From: Perna viridis
Taxonomy: Eukaryota
Length of the DNA: 64,000 nucleotides
Assembly (NCBI GenBank): GCA_037379345.1
Contig: CM074516.1
Span: forward strand, 34,633,626 to 34,697,625
Reading direction: 5' to 3'
Shown here: positions 27,845 to 40,581 of the stretch, piece after piece
Layout of the letters: the number at the start of each line of letters is the position of its first letter
How positions within the stretch are numbered: position 1 is the first letter of the stretch
Notes under the pieces: generated by a model
Seen by the model: the letters and a program-made list of their open reading frames with translations, nothing else
What the model was told of the DNA's origin: nothing
Database searches by the model: none
Program-made: the position numbers and the translations under genes

Positions 27845-30258
27845 ATGGATTTACAAGATGAAAACAGGATAAATATTGTATTGGACAATCTACGACATGA
27901 ACTGGTAAGTAACATTGGACCAACTAAGACATGAACTGGTAAGTAACGTTGGACAAACTAAGACATGAACTGGTAAGTAACATTGGACAATTTACGACAT
28001 GAACTGGTAAGTAACATTGGACAATCTAAGACATGAACTGGTAAGTAACATTAGATAAAATAAGACATGAACTGGTAAGTAACATTGGACAAACTAAGAC
28101 ATGAACTGGTAAGTAACATGAAGATTTCACATTTTATTTACTAAAGATAAAATTTTTTCTTGTTTAAATTAACACTTGAATATAACAATTGGCAAAATAA
28201 CAATGAATGGATGTTACCAGATAAAGATGGTTCGCCATCGTCAATTTTCATTCTCTTTTTTCATGTAGTAACGTCATAGAATATGTTGTCTTGTTATTAA
28301 TCTCAAACTTCAACAGAGAAGTAAAAAGAAGAAAACATATATTTTGAGTACGATTCGTGTCACTTTTGTTGAAAAGTATTTGGACAATTAAAACAAATTT
28401 ACAGTGTATACATGGTACACGTTGATAGCCGTTTTTTAACTGCAAAATTTGTGTACATAATAAAAAACAAGGAAAGTTGGTATTCTGTCATCTTTCAGAA
28501 TGAAATAAGAAACGCTGACGTTCTATTACTAAAGCAGTTACTCTCAATCCACAACACAATACAGGAATTACTCAGGAGGAGAACAATGAAAAGAACCCAG
28601 TCCTGCCACAACTGTGGAACCAGCAAGTCGACATGTATGCTGTCGGTTAAGACGGATGATCTAATACATCGTGACTATAGTTCACCGTCGTTTTGTACTC
28701 GTAGTAACTCCTGTATAAGCCTGGAGGGTAAGATGTTTCTTGTTATCTGCATAAGTTTGTTTCACATTGATAACATGTCAAAGTATGATTGTACAATATC
28801 AAACTGCTGATATTCCGAAAATAATCGAACGTTAAGTTAGTATTGTATAAGCATATATGTATTAATTGTTTCAAGCGAGCAAGCCCGTAAGAACTGCATT
28901 TCGGCCCAAAAAAAAGAAGATATCGTGTTAAAATAAATTTTTACCGGTAGATTAAAATCTGTCGACGTGTTCCAAGGAACACTGATCAAGTAAGCTGTTC
29001 ATATAAAAATCATAACGATAAAAAAAAACTTACTCAAACTTAAACAGTACAGAGGTTTGAAATTATAACTTGAACCATGATACAGTCCAAAAGGTACGGA
29101 AACCCATATTCCACGATGATATTTTGTTTGATTATAACGATATACATGTAGCTAACACATTATAACGACCGAAACAGTAACTCGTTATATAACGAGATAT
29201 GCCGTTTTCAAGAATTAGTATTCTATCTTGTCGGATACTTCAGTAAGGTATGAATATTAGTCATTACAGTTAAATTTTGACTTTTTAATTTAATTTCGTG
29301 TAATTCAGTTGTAGATACGTTAAGTTAAATTCATTTTATAAAAGTCGATAATTACAATCTGCAGTAATAATGCTTTTCACTTCGACCGCCTGTTAGATTT
29401 GTCTGTAGAAAAGGAACAGATATTGTGAAACGCAAAAAATGCACCATCGTATAATCCATATAAAAATAGTAAATACTTACAGAGATCACCAAAATGTCTA
29501 CAATAAGTGTAAACACACCTTCAAGTTAGCTCTGAAAGGCCCTGACAACAAAAGTAATAAACCCCACGAAAACAGAACGACGACACTCCTTCAAAATAAA
29601 CTGAAAAGTCAAATAAAGACACGAATACAGATAAATGACCAACATTGACATTAAGGTGAAATCATTCATTTCTAACATTCTGCAAGCGCAACATGCAAAT
29701 TAGAAATAGTGAACAAACATTCGACAGAATTAGATTAAGGCAATTAAAAATCACCAAAAGCATGCTTCATTCACTAATTATTTGTTGAAAATGTTGAATT
29801 TGATCTTGAACTTGATATTACAAAGCAATAAATCGTGTGCTAATAAACAACACAGAGCCAAAGATTTACTAGAATATTTCAAAAGAAATAAAATGTGGAA
29901 AAATGAGTTAATGAATTATTTATTATAAATTTTGCATTTGATCTTGAAATTGATATCACAAAGCAATAAATTTGTGACCTTTTCTAAAAGCCTTAGTGTA
30001 CGTTTTTAGTTGGGTCTATAATTTGAACTCCTACAACAAATGGATTTTATAATTACAGAATTTTCTAACCAGAGTGGAATGTTCTATCTACCTGAAAGCG
30101 ACGACGAAGCCGGAAGTGAGGATTCAAAACCGACAATTAAACGTAAAGATTCCAGTATATCACAGGAAGATATGCAAAAATACTCAGAGCTATTAACCAT
30201 TTATGTACGAGAATGGAAGACATCGAATTCAATAGTTGTCACAGAAGGAAACATGTAG
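27845..30258 (+). CDS. LURAP/FAM89-like leucine-rich adaptor, paralog A (162 aa); exons 27845-27904, 28499-28727, 30059-30258
   Basis: Spliced sequence MDLQDENRINIVLDNLRHEL|NEIRNADVLLLKQLLSIHNTIQELL matches the LURAP pattern (L..LR.E...LR..D..LL.QL..I...I..L). Phases 0/1 are consistent, and the structure is identical to paralog B. Confidence 0.82.
27881..28118 (+). repeat. 34-bp minisatellite x7 spanning the exon 1/intron 1 boundary
   Basis: Unit TTGGACAA(T/A)CTA(C/A)GACATGAACTG|GTAAGTAACA starts at 27881, 27915, 27949, 27983, 28017, 28051 and 28085. Confidence 0.95.
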
Positions 30259-30738
30259 CCCTTTACAGCTAGCTATCAAACTGACGGCTTGTCCCTTATA
30301 AAGAGAAGCAACAGAAGCAACCACTATTAATTCATTAATGTTTCCATCAAACCGAACATGAGATTTGCAGAAGGGATACCGCTATGTCTCCATGCCCCAT
30401 ATATTTCACTCAGTCCAAGTAAAAGAATTATCACGAACAAGGAAAATGTTTGTATGTAATGAGAATTAACACGCAAATTTTATTCTTTGTGTACGATTTG
30501 TCATGAATTCATTTTTCTTGTTTAAGCATCCTTTACAATACACTACCAGTTCTCCTTCGGCTTATTCTATGAAGAATAATTGGTATAAGAAGTATCATTT
30601 TGTAACGAGATATAATGGTTCATAAATTGCAATTTCAAAATTCTGTAATAATAGAAAATGTAACTAGGTAATCACGGTAAGGTACTCAACATATTTGACC
30701 CTTATGCGCTAACTGTGGGGTAGCCGATGAGCACGCGC

Positions 30739-30826
30739 AGAGCATGCTCAATATACACTTCCGCGAGGAAAATTCTTTTGTTCTACCCAAGCCCTACTTC
30801 GGGGAAGTGTATAATGAGCATGCTCT
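30739..30826. repeat. Short inverted repeat / hairpin (24-bp arms)
   Basis: AGAGCATGCTCAATATACACTTCC ... GGAAGTGTATAATGAGCATGCTCT, one mismatch. Confidence 0.85.
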
Positions 30827-32323
30827 ACAACTTATCACAAAAGTATTTTAAATATTTCTGTGAAGATGAATTAGAAATGGTAAACACAATGCAACTTTAA
30901 TATAATGGTTTCCAAGATAGCTCAACCATCTTTCGTGTAACTGAGACTTATTCAAAACTATACGTTAGTTGGGTGTTAGTTCATTTTTACGGTAGTACGA
31001 AGAGACCTTTGTCTTGTTCATTGTAGTTCGATCATCATTACTAAATCAGCAGGATTTTGACTGTGTCAGAGAGGCAGGAACGTGGCTGTCCAGAGAGGCA
31101 GTATCAAAGAAGTCATCAGAACAATACGGCTGTATGTCCATGTATCGGTTATATCTCTAACTGTGATAATATATACAAATGTATATATACGTGTATTGAA
31201 ATGAATAGGACAATTACATTTGTTCAAATCGCCGCTTGAATAAAGCAAGCCACTTATCATTTGGTAACATAATAAGTTATCAGGGGAAAACAAGGCTATA
31301 TATTCTGTCATGTTGTCTGACATAATTAAATATCATCAAATTATTTTGAAAGAAAAATCAACACTAAATGCTTCACAACTGAAACTTTCACATTTTCTCA
31401 CGATGATTCAAAATTCTTACTGTGAAAGGCATGCGCAGTTTTTGACAAGTTACATAATATTAAATTTCATCACCCGGATAACTGTACGCATATAACGCCA
31501 GGAAACAGCACGTGCAATAATTACATGTACGAATATGACGTTTATATAAGCATTTTGGTTGTTTAGTATACTAATAAAACTAAACTGCGTGTACTTTGGA
31601 GTAGTCATATTGGGTATAGTACACACCCACTTCTCCAAGTAACGGTTAGAGACATTAGCAGGAAATTATATTGGTCAGTTTTTTGGTTTATTTCAAGAGA
31701 ATCTCTGACTATGAATAGTGAGTCTTTTTCATGAATCAAGCATCACACACCAGAAAAGGACGAAGGGTCCTCTTTTACTAGAGTATTACTAAGAAGATGT
31801 TCGAAACTCGATATTATATGGTCACGTGCCATTGTATGTCCGGTGTGCTCAGAAGCAAAGACAAATACATGGAACGGTATGGTCTGTTCCTCGCTAACTG
31901 AAAATCAGTGAGATATATGAAGTTCTAAAAACTATTATGTTTGTCTCCAATATATGACTTCAGTGTAAATTTTGTTATAATCCAAATAACGCATACATTT
32001 TATGTACGCGGTTAAACCATTTTTTTCGCATGTCTCAAAATTTTTAAATAACAGTTCGCAATTTTTTAAAGGGATGCATAAAGCAGAATTAGAGCATATG
32101 ACCCATATCATCAGAGCTACTGTATACTGTAACTGAAATATCCTAGATATATAAATACAATAGGAATTTGTGACATATTCACCAGCATGGCGACTAAATT
32201 TGGACATGTGATATTGTTTCCAACTGTTGCACATGATACATGGCATGAACCTCGCACGAGACATATCGTAGAGAGTGTATCATACCATAAGCTGAAAAAA
32301 AAATATTTAATGAATGTTGTGAA

Positions 32324-32558
32324 CAGGCGCGTAGCTGCCGTTAGGCTAAAAAGCTTTTGCCTGCACATAATTTTGCCTTTTTTTTTAGATAAAATACATC
32401 CAGGAGAGGCATAAATGATGCTCTAAAACGCTATCTTCGTGGAGCTTCGGGGGGGGGGGGGCTTCGCCCTCCCTGAACCTGCTGGGGGCCTTTAGCGGCC
32501 CCCAGACCCCCTGCCGTAACTTTGCCTACACTTCAATTTGGCCTCAGCTACGCGCCTG
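32324..32558. mobile_element. hAT-like MITE with a 5-bp target site duplication
   Basis: Perfect 14-bp TIR CAGGCGCGTAGCTG/CAGCTACGCGCCTG, flanked on both sides by GTGAA. Confidence 0.88.
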
Positions 32559-33112
32559 GTGAATTAAACATTCGACATGTAATGTATCTAATCACACTGA
32601 GTAGATTCAGTAAAGCGATCCCCTATTTACTTTTCTATACACGATTCATTTCAAACGAAAATTTACATACGAAGTACGTGCTTATAGCAAATGTATAAAT
32701 TGAAAAAAAAAGATTGACCTAGAAAATTTAAATCCTATCTTAATCAACATTCTTACAAAAAAATGAATATTTGTAATTAAATATAATAATGCGAACATTG
32801 TGCGTTAATTTTCTATTTAGTTGGCTATACACACCTGTCGTGAAGGGAAGTAATCACGCAAATCTATCTACAGTAATAAAGCCTGAAATCAAAGAAATTA
32901 TCAATAAATATTTATGTGACTTTCTCACATGTTATATACTGATGTAATAAGGTGTACATATTTTGGGTGTAAAAGAGTTAAATCAAGCGAAGATAATATG
33001 ACGGGAGCGAATGCAACTGTTTGAGAAGTTTTCGTTCTAATGAGATTGATATATTTAGAGAAGATGTTATGAAAAGTGATTATACTGATGAAACTAAAAA
33101 TGGATTGAGAAA

Positions 33113-36100
33113 ATGGACACAGCGACTGAAGACAGGATATCCAAGGCTTTATACAGACTCAAGAACGAACTTGTAAGTTACTTAGGGTGTTAAATACTAA
33201 TGATTATAATGATTGCTTGTTTTTTTCTTTCAGCTTACTTGTACATGGTAATTATCTACATGTATGTTACATACTTAATTAAAATAACACACGAATAGTG
33301 TAATATATTTATGAACATTTAGGATCAACATAATATCACGAACGTTTAAGTTGAAAAACAGCAAGTAAAATTTTGTTTGGGGTAGTTCCATTCTATAATA
33401 GAAACACTGAACTAAAACATAAAAACATTCACCGATAGACAAGTGCTGGAAAACACAGACCTAAACATTAAAACATTCACCGATAGTCAAATACTGGAAA
33501 ATACACAGACCTAAACATTAAAACATTCAACGATAGTCAAGTAATGGAAAAACACAGACATAAACATTAAAATATTCACCGATTGACAAGTACTGGAAAA
33601 TTCTATCAAATTGTGACTTAACTTGTAATGTTGTAGCTTGAGATGAGAAGTATGGATGTTAAGTTGATGCGACAATTGCTGTCAATTAATGACACAATTC
33701 AGAAAATGACGAAAGGATACACAATGTCTCGGACGCAGTCTTGTAAAAGTCGAATCAGTACAAAAAGATCACCCAGAAAACACCAGCCAAAGGAAACTGT
33801 AGAAGCACCGATCCGACGACTACAAAGTACTCCATCATTCTGTCGACTAAACAGTGCAGAGTCAGGCTGTAGTGTAGATCCCGATTTCACAGGTAAGACA
33901 TGTCTTCGATGTATGCATTTGCATTACGGGGTTGAAAAAAATCGTCCTAGTAAATTCGGTCTTACAAGATAGAAAGGGAGCCCTCCGTTCCGTTGGAGCT
34001 AATCAACGCTAAAAGTTTTCAGTAATATCCGGCAGTTAATCAACTGTAGTTTATTATGGATTTAGCGTCCTTTTTGTACCAATTACTAGTACATATTCTT
34101 AGAGGTATGCACTAGTTACATATTTATAGTTGTATCACAAAAGTTAATTTTGTTTCACAAAATTCAATGTCGCAAAAGTCAATTCTGTGTCACAAAATTG
34201 AATGTCACAAAATTCAGTTTTGTGAGACCAAATTAACTCTGTATCACAAAGTCAATTCTGTGTCACAAAATTCAATTTTGGGTCACATAAGTCAATTTTG
34301 TATGCACATTAGTTTACAGTATCCTTTGGATATGGAAATGAATTCAAAATGTGCAGCATCATGTACACGTGTATTACTTAAACTTAACTTAAAGCATTCT
34401 CTGCCATACAGTGGATATGGTTCGAATGTGCACGGTTATAATAAAGCACATAAGAGAAAGAAATATCGGATATCGTAATCGTATAACCCACTGTGTCACT
34501 TAATCTTGAATCTAATGATAGATTATTTGAGCGTTTGTAAACAAAAGGGAAACGGAAGATAGACACCTACTATGTCGGTTTTTCATCTCGCCATTTTTTC
34601 CATTAAAATCGGAATGAAATAAGGAATCTATCTGTTTCTGGCAAAAAATTGTGAGGGATAGTGGAACAAAATAATCTTTCGCCGACTTGACAGATTAACA
34701 AATTTCTTCGCACAACACATTTCTAATATGATTTTCTTGGCAAATCTGACATGTCATTTCTTTTTCCAGCAAAATTTGGGACGAAGACATTAATACAAAT
34801 TATCTTGTAAAATTTTAACAAATTCTGTTGCGATTAACAGGTCGGGCTAAAGCATTTTATAGTTGAGTTGAAAGATGTCATATAATGATCACGTGATTCA
34901 CGTGATTCACCAGGAGAAATCCCAATAAATCGAAAGTAGAAAAATTGAGTATTTTAAAACCTGTTTTATCAAACAAATCTCATAGAAAACGTATAATAGC
35001 AATTTTAGTCATTTCAAAATAGTTTTACTGTAGAATGCAACTTCGAAGATTTTTTTTCAATTTCACTTGAAACGGTCTTAACCGTCCTGTGTTGATCGAA
35101 GTAATCGGAAACCTGGGGTTATCTAATGAGAAACCTTACAAAATCGTGATGAGAGAATTGATATGCATATTCAATGGGTTTTGTAAACTAATTTGCGTAT
35201 AAAATTGACTTTTGTGACAAAATTCAAATTTGTATCACAAAATTGAATTTTGTGCCACAGAATTGACTTTTGTAACACAAAATTGAAAATTTGCAGTATG
35301 TTAGACATTTTGTTAATCTGAATTCATTTTTGTTGAACAAAATTCACTTTTGTCGGTACAAAATTGAATTTTTAGTACAAAACCACAAGAGTCCCATTCG
35401 GCGCCCCGTAGATTGCGCCACGAACCTTTTTTCTAATTGCTTGAATTGGGCCAGAATTGGGAATCATTGGCGCCAGTCTACCTGTACCGGTATTATGTAT
35501 ACTATTATGAACCATGAATGTATGAAACATATATGGTAAGCAGAAATACAAACCCCGCTTTAGTTAAAATTCCGAGAAAGAGAAATGTGAAAATTTAGTA
35601 TGAGAACGGTGAAATAAGTCGCCGAAAAAAAGACGTGTTTGGAATGAGTTAAAAGTTCAGCCTTTTATTTTAACAATTCATGTGTTTGACTGTATTGTTT
35701 CGGTTTGTCCATATATAATTTTGATTCTTATGTGATTGACTTTCAAATCTGATTTTACAAATATTCAAATATTTAGGCTTGTCTGTATCTCTTTTTTCAA
35801 GATGGAAATCAAAAGCATTTATTTATTAAAATGACTTGCTGCACTAGTTTAATAATGCCTATTCACAGTACAGCCAGGGAGTTATGCCTTCTTTCTTCAA
35901 CATGTTCGAAAATTATATAAGTGACACAATCGAATACCATAATTATTGGCGCAAATGAGTTCATGCACGTTTTGTTAAAATAAGCGGCGCAAATGATACA
36001 CTGGTGGCATAAATAGATATCGCCTTTTGTAACACCTCTGGAACATTTCGGACGTTTTGATTGGTTTATAGCATTCACTTGCCTGATTATCCTCTATGAT

Positions 36101-36543
36101 CTCATTTGTGGTTTACATGATTTTTGGGAGCCTAGGTCACAAATCGGAGAGGCAAAAAAGGGCAAATCCGTGAACAAAACAGTGACTGAAAAGAAAAATA
36201 AACAAAGAACAATTCGGCGAAATCAAAAGAACTGAATCATCTGAATTTCGTTTGAATTTCACAAATATGTTGAGTTTCAGTGTGTTTTTTTTTAGAATAT
36301 GCATGATTTTAACTAATACCTCAATATTTTTCAGGTTCTACTGACGTGACAGAAAACATGTTCTATTTAAATGAAAGTGATGAAAACTTGTTTGTGAACG
36401 ATGCAGTTATACCTCGATTTAATTCCATGTCATGTCTTGCTCCATTGGACGAGAGAATAGGGGACGATAGCAGTTATGAAGAGATTTTAAGGGCTAACAT
36501 CAAAGTTTGGAAATCTTCAAAAAAACATGACTCAGAATGTTGA
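33113..36543 (+). CDS. LURAP/FAM89-like leucine-rich adaptor, paralog B (174 aa); exons 33113-33172, 33637-33892, 36335-36543
   Basis: Spliced sequence MDTATEDRISKALYRLKNEL|LEMRSMDVKLMRQLLSINDTIQKM. Junctions are GT-AG with phases 0/1. Shares RTQSC, SxPSFC, MFYLxESD and WKxS motifs with paralog A. Confidence 0.85.
33411..33600. repeat. ~50-bp tandem repeat x4 in intron 1 of paralog B
   Basis: Repeats of taaacattaaaacattcaccgatagtcaagtactggaaaa.cacagac. Confidence 0.85.
33925..35410. mobile_element. Foldback-type non-autonomous DNA element with inverted arrays of ~20-bp subrepeats
   Basis: A (tcacaaaa.tcaattttg)n array at 34133-34320 is mirrored by (aattgacttttgtgacac)n at 35180-35375. gtcaattttgtatgcacattagtttaca is inverted to tgtaaactaatttgcgtataaaattgac. 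The outer ends TACGGGG...CCCCGTA are tentative. Confidence 0.6.
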
Positions 36544-39500
36544 AGTGATCTTGGAAAAATCACGATAAATTGAAATTTAAAGTGGCTCTGAGCACGATCA
36601 CAAAAATCACAAGAACTTTGCACAGTGCGGTGGGAACATCCAAATAAACCAATTACTCGTGTTCCAAATGACGAAAGACGACTTTGTATCTATCAATTCC
36701 AGATTCTTTATTGACGAGTACAAATATACTATCTTACATTTCTTACACGATTTACACCAATTTTACTGGCAGAATAGTATTTAACATCAGTGTGGAGTCT
36801 TTTCCCGCACGTCAATGTCATGTCTGCACCACAGATATGTTGCTATGATTATTAAGTTACATTTTTGTTTGTGTTTTTTTGTTTTCCGTTTACATTGTCT
36901 TGTATTATCAGAAACATTATAGTTTATATACACTCGCTTAAAATGTGTCTAGTCTTAACAAATACGCGGTAATTTAATGTACTGAGTATACTTTATTCAT
37001 TCATAAATATCGTATTTAGTAACTTTCGTAAGTACAATTATTCGTTAGCATCGGAAATAGTTGCTCCATCTTAAAAAAAACAACCTGAACTGGCTTTATA
37101 TATTGACCACCAAAAGTGGCTTAAATTGAAATTACCACTATTGAATTCTGCAGACACAGTATGAACGTTCATTTGCATTTTTTTTCATTCCTTACTTCAC
37201 AAGTAGCGAAATGAAAGTAGTGAAGCCAGCTGTTACTGTGGGGTTTATTTGCCGAAAAAGTTGTACCTACTAACAATCGGATTTAAATACGCGATGGAGA
37301 GTAGCATAATCAAAGATTTTAATTTAGTTAAATTGACCCACTTCCTGTTTCTAATGGTATTTTTTTCCTGATTAACTATATTTTTAAAATAGGTTTACCG
37401 AAGAGTTCAACAGCTGACTTGCATCTTTTTAAGTGCATCATATGAATTTAAGTGTTAAAGGATTATATACTCATTGATCCAAATATGTTTCTTAAATGCG
37501 TGTGAAATCAAGTAAAACAGTTGTGGTGATGAGTGCAAGAACATTCCTTAGAGTATTTAGAATGAAGGATCTCAAATATATATATAAAAAATCAAAATTT
37601 AAACTTATTCATTGTGACGGTGAATTAACAATGATTGTATGCATTGCTTTCCACGTTTGCCCCTTGAAAGCGGCATTGAATACTTTCAAATGTGTTTGTT
37701 CCCATTGGAATGTCGACCGTTTGGTCGTTTGGTGTCGATAAAAAGTTCCAGCATTTTGAAAACATCTCCTTCGGTATAATTGAAAGATGATTTTGAATCT
37801 TTTTTTCACAAAGTATGAAGAATCTCTACCAAGCAATACATATCTATTTTAGATGCAGTCGCTTTTTTTTTCGGAGTAACAACAATAATGGTTTTGAGTC
37901 GGATTTTATCAGAGTATGAGGAATAGAATTATAAAGAGTTGAAAAATCATAGGTTTTAATGCCATTGTATTCTGATGATAATCTTGAATTGAGAAAAAAT
38001 AACCCGCTACAACATTTAAACAGTGTAATTTGAATATTTGTTTCACCAGAATCATAAGTTAAGCCAGATTTTCCGTATCATTTAGAAAAAAAAACGAGTT
38101 ATTTATATGATTAATTGAAATGAACAAAAGAACATTTTGTATGCAGAAACCCCCATTTTCTAACAATCTGATTCAAATGAGTAGTGGCGATAGAGGCTCT
38201 CATTAGCCTAAAATACAACTGAAAATTATTTAATGTATTGAAAGATAGAGGTTTGAATCCATAATAAATGAGAAAACATAAAGACTTCCGATAATTCCTG
38301 CTTTAAAAGGGAAACAAAATTGCTTGAAGTTGACTGTAATTCAGACATTCTGTCAAATTTGTATTTTTTTGTCCCTTTTCGGTCATATTTTGGCAAAGAA
38401 ATTGTGTCCATTCCCAAGAAACAACTTCATATTTAGTGAATACACTCATTATTACATAATTTATCATATATGAAAATATAAAGTTGTTCCTTTGGGTGTG
38501 GACAAAGTTTTCTGGATGTAAATCAAAACGAGTCAGTATAGATGAAGTTATACCATTTAGATAGCAATTTTAATTAATACGATTATATACCTTGATACCA
38601 AGTTTAGAATGTAGATTAAATATCATGAAATTTTGTAATTTAATGAACAGTCAACACCTTCCAGACCTCAATAATTTATGCAATTGTATTCGTATCATTA
38701 ACGAAAAATAAGGGTGCAATATTAAAGTAATTTTCTAGTTGCACCTCCTAATAACTTTACTTATTGTACATGTGTTTAGGTGTAATTATCGGTGTTCTTT
38801 ATCATATACGTGATATTTATTTGTATCTCTTTACCAAAGATGCTGGTGTTTAGAGAATAAAAAAGACGGATGTACTTGTGTTCTAAGAGTTACACATTCA
38901 AGACCGTGTATCTCAGTCCAAAAAAAAAAAAATACATGTGCAAATGTACATAGATTTTTTTAGTTTTCTGTATGTAAATATATGTAAAAAAGTACAATTC
39001 TCAAAAGTTTTTGTTAAATGTCATCTAATTGTAGCACCATTATGACATCAGTACAATGAACTAATGCCACAAAACATTCTTTTTTTTAATATTTATATAT
39101 TTTACTATGATATGAGCAATTTTTATGCTTTTACATCCAAGTGGTTATTTTTGGCAATTTTGATAGCCTAATGCCTCTTCACCATTCCCGAAATCTCCAT
39201 CGATGCAGAAATAAAAAAGTGAACGTATGTCTGATCATCGGTGGGTCTTTGACATGCATTTTTCAGATTTTTCACATTATGCCAGATTATTAAAAAAGCT
39301 TTTACTAAATGATATTCCCCACAAAGCGTTTATATGTCGTACTAGTTGCGTTGATGTTTTCGTCGTATACTTATTGTTTTGTGAATACGTTCTCTATACA
39401 TAGATGCGATGTGACTAAGATTTATTTACACTTTTCCATGAATATGCATGGAATCTATATGTATGCAAAGCGAGATGTAATATACGGGCAATATGTAAAG

Positions 39501-39984
39501 AAAACAGTGCACATGTTTTTAAAGTAAAACCCACAAGCCTTTTTTACCGTTTGTGAACTGTTACTGTTTCAAGTGTTATTTTTTGTTGTTGTTGTTTTTA
39601 TGTTTATTTTGTGTGTTCTATCATTCACGCAACGATAACAATATGCACGTGTGTGGTCCTACAATACTACTGCGCGGAATGATGATTAGTATTATAATTA
39701 CAAGTGCATACCAAAATTTTCGATGTTTATTTTGTATAACAATAAAAAAAAATACCCCTTAGCTCTATCATATATAACACTACATAACAGTTTCTTACCA
39801 TATACACTGTATTTTGCGTTCCAAAACTACATGTAATTTATATTTATAATCAATATGCACACACAAGTACAATGAGCAAGCATTGAGTGCAGCTCTGCTT
39901 TAATACCAGACAGTAGCTTATGATGAGTGATCTATGCCTTTCTTATTTCCAAACATTTTTTATTGGAAATCGTTCAGCAGACCT

Positions 39985-40330
39985 GACAGAAACTGTATTC
40001 GAAAAATAAAAGTGCTAATGAAAGTTGCCCATCGGAGACATTTTGGTTTTGTTCTACTTCAATAAAAGTACGGGAACATTTTCCGCCAGAATATATACGC
40101 TGTAACCAGTCAAAAATATTTCAAGTTATACAACAGATCCCAAATATTGCTTAATTGCTATCCTTCAAGAGACCTCATAGAAACTGTATTCGAAAATAAA
40201 ATTGCAAATGAAAATTGCCCACTGTAGACATTAACACTTAAAATTTGGTTACGATCTACTATAGAAAAAGTACGGGAAATGTTTACACTATAACCAGTCG
40301 AAATATATTTCACGATATATAGCAGATCCA
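39985..40330. repeat. Diverged ~190-bp tandem duplication
   Basis: agaaactgtattcgaaaa..aatgaaa.ttgccca...aaagtacggga...taaccagtc...cagatcc occurs twice. Confidence 0.75.
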
Positions 40331-40581
40331 AGGACATGAACATATGAAGAGATGTTTTAGGGCCTAACAAATACTAATGTATTTGAACAGATTCATTGAT
40401 TAACTTGAGATATAATGAATCGCCCATTGCCTGGTTTTTAGGCGAGCCATACTTAAGAACTACATGTCGAAATTTGCGTAGTTCTCCGTATATATTACAT
40501 GTATGTATATCAACACTCGACTAATACAATAACTTTCTCTTTAATATTCTTTGAGTATATAATACATTAATGTTTCCTAAA

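Noticed and set aside
27881-28118. CRISPR-like appearance (34-bp repeats)
   Set aside because: Units are directly adjacent with no unique spacers. The context is eukaryotic and there are no cas genes.
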